The position numbers were made by a program, and so were the translations under genes. DNA of 26,721 nucleotides from Chloroflexota bacterium (GTDB lineage: Bacteria; Chloroflexota; Dehalococcoidia; DSTF01; JACRBR01). Under the pieces are notes generated by a model. It was given only the letters and a program-made list of their open reading frames with translations, was not told the DNA's origin and did not search any database. Position 1 is the first letter of the stretch, and the number at the start of each line of letters is the position of its first letter. Of this stretch, positions 17,125 through 26,709 are shown piece by piece. The DNA is taken from the NCBI GenBank assembly GCA_037440665.1, contig JBBITS010000003.1, positions 1-26,721 of the forward strand, in the 5' to 3' direction.

Positions 17125-20100
17125 ATGGCGAGACCTACCACGTCTGCGGCAGACGCCGGACCAGACGGCTGGCGTGGGGATGGGGGCCTGCTTCGCATTG
17201 TGGTGGCGGGTGCCCTGCTCTTCTTCGCCCTGTACGCCGCCGGCATCATCATCCGTCCGGGAGAGCTGTTCCTACGAGTCCAGAGCAGCGTCATCTACAA
17301 CGTCCCGGCGCTGGCGGGGCTCGCGCTGGCCGTGCGCGCCATCCGCCACAGCAGCGGACGCGAGCGGGTGGGTTGGGCCTGCCTCGCCATCGTGCTCGCC
17401 GTGTGGGGCGTGGCCGAGTGGAGCTACGCCTACTACGACTTCGTCCTTGGCGCCGAAGTGCCCTTCCCTGGGTGGCCAGACGCGTTCTACTACGCCGGCT
17501 ACCTCGCCTACATACCGGCCATCCCCCTGCTCACGTTCCCGGAAAAGCGGCTGAAGGACCGCCGCTGGGTCATCGACGTCGCGACGGTGATGGTCGTGTG
17601 CGGAACCGTGATCTGGCACTACGTCGTGCATCCGGTAGCCGCAGCCGAAGGCTATAGCTCCTTTAGCGCCATGGTGGCGCTTGGTTATCTGCTTCTCGAT
17701 TTCGGCCTTCTGACGGCGCTGGTGGTGACGTTGTACGCGTCGGGCGGCCACTTCTCGCTGCGCTCGCGCGTCCTCTTGATGGCCACCCTGGCTCTGGTAC
17801 TCGCCGATTCGGCGTACACGTACGCCGTGAACACCACCGGATATGACATGTCGGGCAGCCCCATGGACCTGGGGTGGGTCGCCAACTATCTCCTCATAGC
17901 GGTGGCGTTCGTCCTTCCGCCCGAAGAGGAGAAAGAGGTCACGCCCTCGAAACAATCCCTTGCCGGGCTTGCTATCCCCTACTTCGGCGTGGCGCCCCTG
18001 GCGGCCGTAGTCCTCATGGAAGAGGCCCGGACCGGCAACTTCACAGCCGTGTTGCTGGGCGCCGCTCTCGCGGTAGGCCTGGTCATCATCCGCCAGCTTC
18101 TGACCCTTGCTGACAACCTGGCCCTCTACAGGCGCCTTGAAGAGCAGAGCCAATCGCGTCTCGCTCTGCTGGAGGCCCAGAGCGAACTCGGCGAGATCTT
18201 CATTGCGCTCGAGGGGCGTCGTATTACCTACGCTAATGGCGCGGCTTGCCAGGTCAGCGGCTACACGGCCGAGGAGTTGCACGCCCTCGACTCAGTCGTG
18301 AGCCTCGTCGCCCCTGATGTGCGCGACACCTTCAGGGAGAGCGCACGGGCGATCCTCAACGACTCGCTCCTCGTCAGGTCGTTCGAGACCGTGATCGCGC
18401 GGAAGGACGGTGAGCGCGTTCACGTGGAAGTAACCGTGAAGGCCATCCCGTCCGTAGGCGTGCGCAGGCTGGTGGTCATCGGACGGGACGTAACGGAAAG
18501 GAAGCGGACGGAGCAGGCGCTGGCGCGGCAGACGGCGTTGGTGCGCTTGGTGCAGGAAGCATCCTTGGCCGCCAACGAAGCCGCTTCGGTCGAAGAGGCG
18601 TTCCAGATGACGATCGATCTGGTCTGCGCGCACACCGGCTGGCCGGTCGGCCACGTGTACGTTCCTGCCGAGGACGGGACGGGCGAGCTTGCGCCCACAG
18701 ACATCTGGCGTCTGGACGACCCGGATCGCTTCGCCGCGTTCAGACAGGCAACGGAGGCGACGCGCCTCGCCTCCGGGATCGTCCTGCCCGGGCGCGTGCA
18801 CGCCACACGGAAGCCGGCGTGGATCGTAGACATCGCAAAGGACGGCAACTTCCCCCGTGCCCGTCACGCCAGCGACATCGGCGTGCGTGGAGCCTTCGCC
18901 TTCCCCGTTCTGGTGGGAACGGAGGTCGCCGCCGTTCTCGAGTTCTTCATGCCGGAGCCCGCCGAGCCCGACATCGATCTCCTAGAGTCAGTGGCCCACA
19001 TCGGCAGGCAGATTGGCCGCGTCGTCGAACGGGAGCGGGCACGAGAGACCATCCGGCGCAGCGAGGAGCGCTACCGCGACTTATTCGAGAACGCCAACGA
19101 CATCGTGTACACGCACGATCTGAGTGGCCGCTTTACGTCAGTGAACAAAGCCGGTCTACAGGCCACGGGGTACACGCTGGAAGAAGCGCTGCAAGAGAAC
19201 ATGGCTCACATTCTCTCACCGGAGCACTTCGAACAGGCCCGCGAGATGGTCCTGCGCAAGCTTCGCGGCGAGCCGACTACCGCGCACGAACTGGAGATTC
19301 TCACGAAGGACGGCCGCCGCATACCGGTCGAGGTTCGAACTCGCCTCCTCTACGAGAACGGGCGCCCGATTGGCGTGCAAGGCATCGCTCGCGACATCAC
19401 CGAGCGCAAGGAAGCCGAGGAGGCGCTGCGCCACGCCAACGAACGGCTCCGCGCCCTGGTGGAATCCTCCCCTCTCGCCGTGATCTCGCTCGATCTCGAC
19501 CTCATCGTGCAGTCTTGGAACTCCGCGGCTGAGACCATGTTCGGCTGGACGGCCGGGGAGATCGTCGGGCACCCCTACCCGCTCGTGCCGCCGGACCGCC
19601 AGGAGGAGTTCCAGTCGCTCTTCTCGAAAGTCGTCCACGGGGAGGCGATCTCGGCGTTCGAGACGAAGCGCGCCCGCAAGGATGGTTCTGTGACCGACGT
19701 GAGCATCGCCGTCGCCCCCCTGCGAGACCGCAATGAAGAGGTCACCGGCATCATCACCGTCATAGCCGACGTCACCGCGCGCAAGCAGGCCGAGAACGCG
19801 CTCCGCGAGAGCGAGGAGCGCCTGCGGTCCGTGGTCGCGAACGCCCCGGTGATGCTGTTCGCCATCGACAGCCAGGGCGTCTTCACCCTGGCCGAAGGGA
19901 AAGGCATGGCAGGCGTCGGCCTCGCGCCGCGCGACTTGGTCGGGCGCTCCGCCTTCCACCTCTTCAGGGCCTTCCCTGACGTCACAGCAAACATTCCCCG
20001 CGCTCTGGCCGGCGAGACGTTCGACGCCATCGTGGACGCCGGAAACGTCGTGTTCGATGTCCATTACGGACCGGTCCGCGACGCTTCCGGCGCCGTCGCC

Positions 20101-21834
20101 GGCGTCATCGGCGTGGCGGTGGACATCACAGAGCGCAGGCGCGCCGAGGAGACGCGCGCGCGGCTGGCAACTATCCTCGAGGCGACGCCGGACTTCGTGG
20201 GCACCATCGACGCCGAGGGACGCGTGCTGTACCTGAACAGCGCCGGCCGGGCCATGCTGGGCATCGGCCCTGACCAGGACATATCACAACAGGACGGGCT
20301 TTCTATCCACCCCGATTGGGCCCGCGTGCTGCTCGAAAAGGAAGGCATACCCGCCGCCAGCCGGGACGGCGTGTGGCACGGCGAAACCGCCATCGTCAGT
20401 CCCGAGGGGGGCGAGATACCAGTATCACAGGTGATCGTCGCGCACAAGCAGACCGATGGCTCGGTCAGCTTCCTGTCGACCATCGCCCGGGACATCAGTG
20501 AGCGAAAGCTCTTCGAGGATCAGTTGATACACGCCGCCAGCCACGATCCCTTGACCGGTGTGTTCAACCGCCGTCGCCTCGAGGAAGACCTGGAGCGCGA
20601 GATGGCGCACCTCCGGCGCTACGGCGGCTCTGGCGCGCTGATGTTCCTCGACCTAGACGACTTCAAGGCCGTGAACGACAGCCTCGGCCACCGCGTCGGG
20701 GACGAGATGCTCACGAGCGTCGCTCAGGTCCTGCGCGAGCGCCTGCGGGAAACCGACGTACTGGCGCGTCTGGGCGGCGACGAGTTCGCCATCCTCATGA
20801 CACGGGCCACCGCCCGCGAGGCGAAGACGGCCGCGCGCGGCATCCTACAGACGCTCCGCCAGCACACAGTCCTCGTCGAGGGACGGCCCTTGAGCACCAC
20901 GGCCAGCATCGGCATCGCCCTCATGCCGGAGCACGGGCAGACTGTCGACGAACTCCTGGCTCACGCCGACCTCGCCATGTACGAGGCCAAGGAACACGGT
21001 CGCAACAGCGTGGTCGTCTACGATCCGAAGCGAAACCGCCAGTCGATGACCGAGTCGCGTCTCGACTGGAAGCGCCGCATAGCCGAGGCGCTGGAACGCG
21101 ACCTGTTCCACCTCTACTGCCAGCCCATCTTCGACCTGAAGTCCGGAACCGTCGCTAAGTACGAACTGCTGCTGCGCATGCCGGGAGAGAATGGCGAGGT
21201 CATTCTGCCCGGCGCGTTCCTCGACACGGCCGAGCGATTCGGACTGATCCAGGACATCGACCGCTGGGTCGTGCGCCAGGCCATCAGCCTCATCGCGGAG
21301 CAGCGACGCATCGGCCGCGACCTGCGCGTGGCCGTGAACGTCTCCGGCAAGGCCATCGCTGACGCTGAGCTGTTGCGGATGATCCGCCGCGACCTGGCGG
21401 CCAGCGGCGTCAACCCGGCCAGCCTCACGCTGGAGATCACGGAAAGCGTCGCCATCGCCGACATGACGCAGGCGCAGAAGTTCGTCAACAGCCTCAAGTC
21501 CACGGGTTGCCAGTTCGCGCTCGACGACTTCGGTGTAGGCTTCTCATCCTTCTACCACCTGAAGAGCCTGCCGGTGGACGAGCTGAAGATCGACGGCAGC
21601 TTCATCCGCTATCTGACGCGCGACCCCGTTGACCAGCATCTGGTCAAGGCCATCGTCGAGGTCGCCGAAGGCCTGGGCCGCGCCACCATAGCCGAGTTCG
21701 TGGGCGACGATGACACGGTGCGCCTCCTCAAGGACCTCGGCGTCGGCTTCGGCCAGGGATTCCACCTCGGCCGGCCAGTCCCCGTCGCGACCGTCCTGGA
21801 CGACGCAGGCCAGGCTACCGGGCGCGCCGCCTGA
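17125..21834 (+). CDS. Membrane-anchored diguanylate cyclase/phosphodiesterase (multi-TM sensor, PAS, GAF, four PAS, GGDEF, EAL)
   Basis: About 300-aa multi-TM N-terminus; repeated D(I/V)(T/S)xR(K/R) PAS ends; SHDPLTG; DLDDFK.VND; RETD I-site; GGDEF; YELLLR; VNVS; DDFGVGFSS; KID. Confidence 0.93.
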   Translation: MARPTTSAADAGPDGWRGDGGLLRIVVAGALLFFALYAAGIIIRPGELFLRVQSSVIYNVPALAGLALAVRAIRHSSGRERVGWACLAIVLAVWGVAEWSYAYYDFVLGAEVPFPGWPDAFYYAGYLAYIPAIPLLTFPEKRLKDRRWVIDVATVMVVCGTVIWHYVVHPVAAAEGYSSFSAMVALGYLLLDFGLLTALVVTLYASGGHFSLRSRVLLMATLALVLADSAYTYAVNTTGYDMSGSPMDLGWVANYLLIAVAFVLPPEEEKEVTPSKQSLAGLAIPYFGVAPLAAVVLMEEARTGNFTAVLLGAALAVGLVIIRQLLTLADNLALYRRLEEQSQSRLALLEAQSELGEIFIALEGRRITYANGAACQVSGYTAEELHALDSVVSLVAPDVRDTFRESARAILNDSLLVRSFETVIARKDGERVHVEVTVKAIPSVGVRRLVVIGRDVTERKRTEQALARQTALVRLVQEASLAANEAASVEEAFQMTIDLVCAHTGWPVGHVYVPAEDGTGELAPTDIWRLDDPDRFAAFRQATEATRLASGIVLPGRVHATRKPAWIVDIAKDGNFPRARHASDIGVRGAFAFPVLVGTEVAAVLEFFMPEPAEPDIDLLESVAHIGRQIGRVVERERARETIRRSEERYRDLFENANDIVYTHDLSGRFTSVNKAGLQATGYTLEEALQENMAHILSPEHFEQAREMVLRKLRGEPTTAHELEILTKDGRRIPVEVRTRLLYENGRPIGVQGIARDITERKEAEEALRHANERLRALVESSPLAVISLDLDLIVQSWNSAAETMFGWTAGEIVGHPYPLVPPDRQEEFQSLFSKVVHGEAISAFETKRARKDGSVTDVSIAVAPLRDRNEEVTGIITVIADVTARKQAENALRESEERLRSVVANAPVMLFAIDSQGVFTLAEGKGMAGVGLAPRDLVGRSAFHLFRAFPDVTANIPRALAGETFDAIVDAGNVVFDVHYGPVRDASGAVAGVIGVAVDITERRRAEETRARLATILEATPDFVGTIDAEGRVLYLNSAGRAMLGIGPDQDISQQDGLSIHPDWARVLLEKEGIPAASRDGVWHGETAIVSPEGGEIPVSQVIVAHKQTDGSVSFLSTIARDISERKLFEDQLIHAASHDPLTGVFNRRRLEEDLEREMAHLRRYGGSGALMFLDLDDFKAVNDSLGHRVGDEMLTSVAQVLRERLRETDVLARLGGDEFAILMTRATAREAKTAARGILQTLRQHTVLVEGRPLSTTASIGIALMPEHGQTVDELLAHADLAMYEAKEHGRNSVVVYDPKRNRQSMTESRLDWKRRIAEALERDLFHLYCQPIFDLKSGTVAKYELLLRMPGENGEVILPGAFLDTAERFGLIQDIDRWVVRQAISLIAEQRRIGRDLRVAVNVSGKAIADAELLRMIRRDLAASGVNPASLTLEITESVAIADMTQAQKFVNSLKSTGCQFALDDFGVGFSSFYHLKSLPVDELKIDGSFIRYLTRDPVDQHLVKAIVEVAEGLGRATIAEFVGDDDTVRLLKDLGVGFGQGFHLGRPVPVATVLDDAGQATGRAA

Positions 21835-21890
21835 CGCCATCGGCGTGAGCCTGCAGGCGCGCGTCGGGTAAGATGGCGCAGGAGATGGCC

Positions 21891-22577
21891 ATGCTTGACC
21901 GGATCAAAATCGCGCCGTCCATCCTCACCGCCGACTTCCTGCGCCTGGGCGAGCAGATGCGCGAGGCCGAGCAGGCAAGCGCCGATTACCTGCACCTCGA
22001 CGTGATGGACGGCCGCTTCGTCCCGCCCATAACGTTCGGCGAGCTGGTAGTTGAAGCCATCCGCGGCATGACGTCGCTGCCGCTGGACATACACCTGATG
22101 ATCGAGCGCCCGGAGGACCACGTCGAATCGTTCGTCCGCGCCGGGGGCGACATCATCAACGTGCACGTCGAGGCGACAGCGCACCCACACAGGACGCTTC
22201 AGGGCATCCGGGCACTAGGCCGCCGCGCGGGCATCTGCCTCAACCCCGGCACGCCCGCCGAGGCTGTCGCCGAGCTGCTGGGCGACGTGGACCAGGTGAT
22301 GGTGATGGCCGTCAACCCCGGTTGGGGCGGCCAGAAGTTCATCCCCTCCGCTCTGCCCAAGATCCGCCGCCTTCGCCAGATGATGGCCGAGCGCGGCCTC
22401 GACGCCGACATCGAGGTAGACGGCGGCGTGAAGGCAGGCAACGCCGCGTCGTGCGTCGAAGCGGGAGCGCGGGTGCTGGTGGCCGGCTCGGCCGTGTTCA
22501 ACGCCGAGGCGACGGTCGCCGAGAACATGCGTGCGCTCCGGCGGGCCATAGAAGCGGCGGCGCTCGCCCGGGACTGA
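21891..22577 (+). CDS. rpe: Ribulose-phosphate 3-epimerase
   Basis: IAPSILTADF, HLDVMDG.FVP, DIHLM, VNPGWGGQKF, EVDGG, VAGSA. Start at ATG 21891 behind AGGAG. Confidence 0.95.
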   Translation: MLDRIKIAPSILTADFLRLGEQMREAEQASADYLHLDVMDGRFVPPITFGELVVEAIRGMTSLPLDIHLMIERPEDHVESFVRAGGDIINVHVEATAHPHRTLQGIRALGRRAGICLNPGTPAEAVAELLGDVDQVMVMAVNPGWGGQKFIPSALPKIRRLRQMMAERGLDADIEVDGGVKAGNAASCVEAGARVLVAGSAVFNAEATVAENMRALRRAIEAAALARD

Positions 22578-22606
22578 TTGTCACCATCACCGCCAGGATG
22601 TACGAT
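22578..22606 (+). promoter_or_regulatory. Sigma70-type promoter for the coxMSL-like operon, probably leaderless
   Basis: TTGTCA-N17-TACGAT, ending 8 nt before GTG 22615; no SD sequence. Confidence 0.6.
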
Positions 22607-22614
22607 CGAACCCC

Positions 22615-23505
22615 GTGAAACGATTCGACTACGCCGCGCCCGCTTCCCTGCGGGAAGCCATCGACACGCTGCGCCAACGCGCGGACGGCGTGCGGCTGCT
22701 CGCGGGCGGCACCGACCTCCTTCCACAGATCAAGGAGGGCGGTCTCTGGCCCTCCCACGTAGTGAGCCTGCGCCGAGTACCCGAGCTGCGCGGCATCTCA
22801 TTCGATCCCTCGACGGGCCTGCGCGTCGGCGCGGCCGAGCTGCTCTCCGACGTCGCCGCTCACGAGGTAGTGAGCCGCCACTACCAGGCGCTGGCTGAAG
22901 GCGCGGGCATCGTCGGCTCCGTGCAGACCCGGAACATGGGAACCATAGGCGGCAACGTCTGCAACGCCGCGCCCTCGGCCGACACGGCCCCGCCCCTGCT
23001 CGTCTTCGACGCCGCGGTGGTCATCGCCAGCCGAGACGGCGAGCGGCAGCTCCCTCTGAGCGAGTTCTTCCTCGGTCCCGGCCGCACAGCTCTGGCGCCG
23101 GGCGAGATCGCCGTCGCGCTGGAGCTGCCGCCGCCAGCCGAACGCTCGGGCAGCGTCTACCAGCGCCACACGCCGAGGAAGATCATGGACATCGCCGTCG
23201 TGGGCGTCGCCTGCCGCCTCGTACTCGCCCCGGACGAGAGCATGGCCGAGGCGCGCATCGCCCTCGGCGCCGTCGCGCCCACATCCATACGCTGCCCGGA
23301 TGCCGAGGCGCTGCTGCAGGGCCGCGCGCCTTCAGTCGCACTATTCGAGCAGGCCGCAGATGCAGCGCGCGAGGCCAGCAGCCCCATCACCGACGTACGC
23401 GGCTCGGCGGAATTCCGGCGCGAACTCGTGCGCGTCATGACGGCGCGATGCCTCGCAATCGCTGCTGAGCGCGCGCGTCTCTTGAGCGAGAGGACTTGCA
23501 GGTGA
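22615..23505 (+). CDS. Xanthine/CO dehydrogenase family FAD-binding medium subunit (CoxM-like)
   Basis: LLAGGTDL, QTRNMGTIGGN, SADTAP, DVRGSAEFR. Confidence 0.92.
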   Translation: MKRFDYAAPASLREAIDTLRQRADGVRLLAGGTDLLPQIKEGGLWPSHVVSLRRVPELRGISFDPSTGLRVGAAELLSDVAAHEVVSRHYQALAEGAGIVGSVQTRNMGTIGGNVCNAAPSADTAPPLLVFDAAVVIASRDGERQLPLSEFFLGPGRTALAPGEIAVALELPPPAERSGSVYQRHTPRKIMDIAVVGVACRLVLAPDESMAEARIALGAVAPTSIRCPDAEALLQGRAPSVALFEQAADAAREASSPITDVRGSAEFRRELVRVMTARCLAIAAERARLLSERTCR

Positions 23506-23981
23506 AGCGACCCATCACCCTCAAGATCAACGGCCAGCGCCACGATGTGCTCGTCGAGCCCAGCGCCACGCTGCTCGAAGCCGTGCGCGATCAGGCGGGA
23601 CTTATGGGCGCGAAGGAAGGCTGCGGCACCGGCGACTGCGGCGCCTGCTCGATGATCGTCGACGGGCGGCTGGTGACCTCGTGCCTTATGCTGGCCGTCG
23701 AAGCCGAGGGCAGCGACATCACCACCATCGAGGGCCTGGCCCGCGACGGCCAGCTTCATCCGCTGCAGCAGGCGTTCATCGACCTGGGCGCCGTGCAGTG
23801 CGGCTACTGCATCCCCGGCATGATCCTGGCTGGCAAAGCGCTGCTGGACGCCAACCCGAACCCTGCGCCCGACGAGATCCGCCGCGCCATCGCCGGCAAC
23901 CTCTGCCGCTGCACGGGCTACACGAAGATCGTCGAGGCCATCGCCGCCGCCGCAACGCAACTCCAGGGAGCCACGCCATGA
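23502..23981 (+). CDS. Small subunit with two [2Fe-2S] sites (CoxS-like)
   Basis: CGTGDCGAC...C, QCGYC, NLCRCTGY; GTGA overlap with the medium subunit gene. Confidence 0.93.
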   Translation: MKRPITLKINGQRHDVLVEPSATLLEAVRDQAGLMGAKEGCGTGDCGACSMIVDGRLVTSCLMLAVEAEGSDITTIEGLARDGQLHPLQQAFIDLGAVQCGYCIPGMILAGKALLDANPNPAPDEIRRAIAGNLCRCTGYTKIVEAIAAAATQLQGATP

Positions 23982-26293
23982 CCACCACCGCCGAACCCAC
24001 GCGGACGGAACACGCCGTCGTCGGCCAGCGCATCCCACGCATTGAGGGCCGCAAGAAAGTCACCGGGCAGTCAGTGTACGCCGCCGACGTTTCCCTGCCC
24101 GGTATGCTCTACGCGAAGCTCCTGCACGCGCCCCACGCCCACGCGCGCATCAAGGGCATCGACACGTCCCGCGCTCGCATGCTCGAAGGCGTCGAGAGCG
24201 TCGTGACCGCCAGCGACCTACCGCAGTTCGAGGCGCGCCGCCGGTCCAACCGCGCTTACGTGCTCCTCGCGAGCGACGAGGTCGTCTTCGCAGGACAGCC
24301 CGTGGCGGCAGTCGTCGCAACGTCCTCGGCCATCGCCGATGAGGCGTTGGACCTCATCGCCGTCGAGTACGAAGAGCTGCCGGTCGTACTGGACCCCGTC
24401 GCAGCCATGGACCCGGGCGCGCCCCTGGCTCGCCAGCCCATCGAGGAGATCGATCGGTCGGAGGCGCGGGGCCACGCGACCGTAGACGTTCGCGAGGAAG
24501 AGGGCGCGGGCAAACCCACTAACGTCGCGTCGCAGGTGCGCTTCACCCGCGGCGACGTCGCACAGGGGTTCGCCGAGGCGGATGCCGTTGTCGAAGACAC
24601 ATGGCGCACGCCGTTCATGCACCAGGGCTACATCGAGCCACACGCGACCGTCGCCGGCTTCGACCCCGTGTCGGGCGAACTCACCCTGTACACGGGCACG
24701 CAGGGCCAGTTCTTCGTGCGGGACCAGATCAGCAATATGCTCCGCATACCGGAGACCAAGCTGCGGGTCGTCGGCATGGAGCTGGGCGGCGGCTTCGGCG
24801 GCAAGGTGTTCCTGACGCAGGCCCTGGCGTCGGTGCTATCGTTCATCGCGAAGCGGCCCGTCAAGCTCGTGTACACGCGGACCGAGGAAATGACCTCGGC
24901 CACGCCTTCAGGTGGCTGCGTCGCCGAAGTGAAGCTGGGCATGAAGCGCGACGGGACGATCACGGCGCTTGACGCCCGGCTCATATACGACACCGGAGCG
25001 TTCCCAGGCGCCTCGGCCGTCGTCGGAGCGATCCTGCTGGGTGGCTACTACCGCTTCCCTAACCTCGACATCAGGTCCTACGAGGTGCTGACCAACAAGG
25101 TCAGTGTCGGCGCCATCCGCGCGCCCGCCGCCCACAACGCCACGTTCGCCATCGAGTCGGCGCTGGACGAAGCATGCCGCCGGCTTGGCCTCGACCCGGT
25201 GGAGACGCGACTGAAGAACGCCGTCGCCGAGGGCGACGAGATGCCCACCCAACAGAAGTACCCGCGCATCGGCCTCGTCGAAACGCTGCAGGCCGCCCGC
25301 GAGAGCGCCGCCTGGCGAGAACGAGAGGCGTGGAAGACCGCTGCCCCGCCAGGGACGAAGCGCGGCGTGGGCCTTGCCATCGGCGGCTGGCTGGGCGGAC
25401 TACAGCCCGCCAGCGCCGTCGTTGAACTCAACGGCGACGGCACCATCAACGTCGTCGTCGGCGCCAACGACATCACCGGGACCAACACGGCGTTCGCGCA
25501 GATCGCCGCTGAGGAGCTGGCGGTCGACGTGAGCGAGGTCAGCGTCGTCACGGGTGATACGCGGACCGCGCCCTTCGCCGGCATGAGCGCGGGATCGAAG
25601 ACGCTGTTCACCGTCGGCCGCGCCGTGAAGGAAGCGGCCGAGGACGCCCGCCGCCAGATCATTGCTGTAGCCCGCGAGCGCCTGGGCGCGACCGAGGAGG
25701 ACGAGCTGGAGCTTTCAGGCGGAGAGGTCCGCATCAAGGGTCAGCCCGATAAGGCGCTCTCGTACCGCCGCCTGGGCGGCATCACGACGGGGTTTGGCGC
25801 GGCATATGCGCCCATCATCGGGCGAGGCTCCATCACGGCCCGCCGCCAGGCGCCAGGCTTCGCCGCCCACGTCGCCGCCGTCGAGATCGACGACGCCACC
25901 GGCGAAGTGACGCTCCGGCGCTGGACAACGGCGCAGGACGTCGGGTTCGCCGTCAACCCGCTGAACGTCGAGGGGCAGCTTCAGGGCGGTTCAGCGCAGG
26001 GCATCGGCTCCGGGCTCTGGGAGGAGATGGTGTTCGACGTACAGGGCCACCTGCGCAACCCGAGCCTGCTCGACTACCGCATGCCTACCGCCGCCGACCT
26101 GCCCGACATCGAGACGATCCTCGTTGAGACGCCATCGGAGGACGGCCCCTACGGGGCGCGCGGAGTCGGCGAGCCGTCCATCGTGCCGGGCGCGGCGGCC
26201 GTCGCCAACGCCGTCCGCGACGCCCTGGGCGTCCGCGTAAACGACGCGCCCATCACGCCCGAACGCGTCCTGCGCGCTTTGGGGCGGATCTAG
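23978..26293 (+). CDS. Molybdopterin-binding large subunit of the xanthine oxidase family (CoxL-like, not form I CODH)
   Basis: KVTGQSVY, HQGYIEPH, GGGFGGK, AIRAPA loop, GQLQGG..QG.G, GARGVGEP. ATG 23978 has an ATGA overlap with the small subunit gene. Confidence 0.92.
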   Translation: MTTTAEPTRTEHAVVGQRIPRIEGRKKVTGQSVYAADVSLPGMLYAKLLHAPHAHARIKGIDTSRARMLEGVESVVTASDLPQFEARRRSNRAYVLLASDEVVFAGQPVAAVVATSSAIADEALDLIAVEYEELPVVLDPVAAMDPGAPLARQPIEEIDRSEARGHATVDVREEEGAGKPTNVASQVRFTRGDVAQGFAEADAVVEDTWRTPFMHQGYIEPHATVAGFDPVSGELTLYTGTQGQFFVRDQISNMLRIPETKLRVVGMELGGGFGGKVFLTQALASVLSFIAKRPVKLVYTRTEEMTSATPSGGCVAEVKLGMKRDGTITALDARLIYDTGAFPGASAVVGAILLGGYYRFPNLDIRSYEVLTNKVSVGAIRAPAAHNATFAIESALDEACRRLGLDPVETRLKNAVAEGDEMPTQQKYPRIGLVETLQAARESAAWREREAWKTAAPPGTKRGVGLAIGGWLGGLQPASAVVELNGDGTINVVVGANDITGTNTAFAQIAAEELAVDVSEVSVVTGDTRTAPFAGMSAGSKTLFTVGRAVKEAAEDARRQIIAVARERLGATEEDELELSGGEVRIKGQPDKALSYRRLGGITTGFGAAYAPIIGRGSITARRQAPGFAAHVAAVEIDDATGEVTLRRWTTAQDVGFAVNPLNVEGQLQGGSAQGIGSGLWEEMVFDVQGHLRNPSLLDYRMPTAADLPDIETILVETPSEDGPYGARGVGEPSIVPGAAAVANAVRDALGVRVNDAPITPERVLRALGRI

Positions 26294-26393
26294 TGGACGG
26301 CTCTGGCTGCTCAGTCGCGCGTCATGCATAGCGGCCACCTATCCGGATAGACATCACTTAGCCACCTCAGCCTCCAAGTTTGCGCCTGCCACT

Positions 26394-26414
26394 GCCCTGA
26401 TGCGACTTCAGGGC
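26394..26414 (+). terminator. Hairpin downstream of the large subunit gene, possible terminator
   Basis: GCCCTGA-N7-TCAGGGC followed by TTCTC. Confidence 0.3.
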
Positions 26415-26550
26415 TTCTCACGACGACCTTCAGCCTAGCCAATTAGGCTCGTATGATCTGCTAAGTAGACAATCCCCGCGCTGTCCTTCAGTCCGACGTG
26501 TCTGCGACCGATACTCTCGCGGCCCACACACTGGATTAGGGAGGTATCGC

Positions 26551-26709
26551 GTGAACATCACGAGCCCCAAGCACCCGATCTGGTGCGCGCCGACTCTAAC
26601 GGTTCTCGTGGCAGGCACAATGGCCGTTCACGCCGTCATCGCTGCAAGCGTGTGGTCAATCATCTGCGCGGTCGCGTCCCAGGATTGCTGTAAAAACAAG
26701 ACGGTGTAG
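26551..26709 (+). CDS. Putative 52-aa hydrophobic peptide or truncated gene whose stop codon lies inside the right repeat
   Basis: GGGAGGT RBS, GTG start, [52 protein letters not shown]; below the ORF-track length cut-off. Confidence 0.4.
   Translation: MNITSPKHPIWCAPTLTVLVAGTMAVHAVIAASVWSIICAVASQDCCKNKTV

Noticed and set aside
23681-23977. N-terminal extension of the large molybdoenzyme subunit
   Set aside because: Overlaps the small subunit gene out of frame; ATG 23978 is translationally coupled.
22615-26293. Aerobic carbon monoxide dehydrogenase call
   Set aside because: Lacks both AYxCSFR and AYRGAGR; no coxDEFG accessory genes nearby.
26430-26618. 62-aa minus-strand ORF in the tail
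   Set aside because: No RBS or motif; conflicts with the better-supported plus-strand ORF.
26671-26697. GTCGCGTCCCAGGATTGCTGTAAAAAC resembles a CRISPR repeat (GTC...AAAC)
   Set aside because: Only two copies, in inverted orientation and 26 kb apart; no spacers, no internal palindrome, no cas genes.
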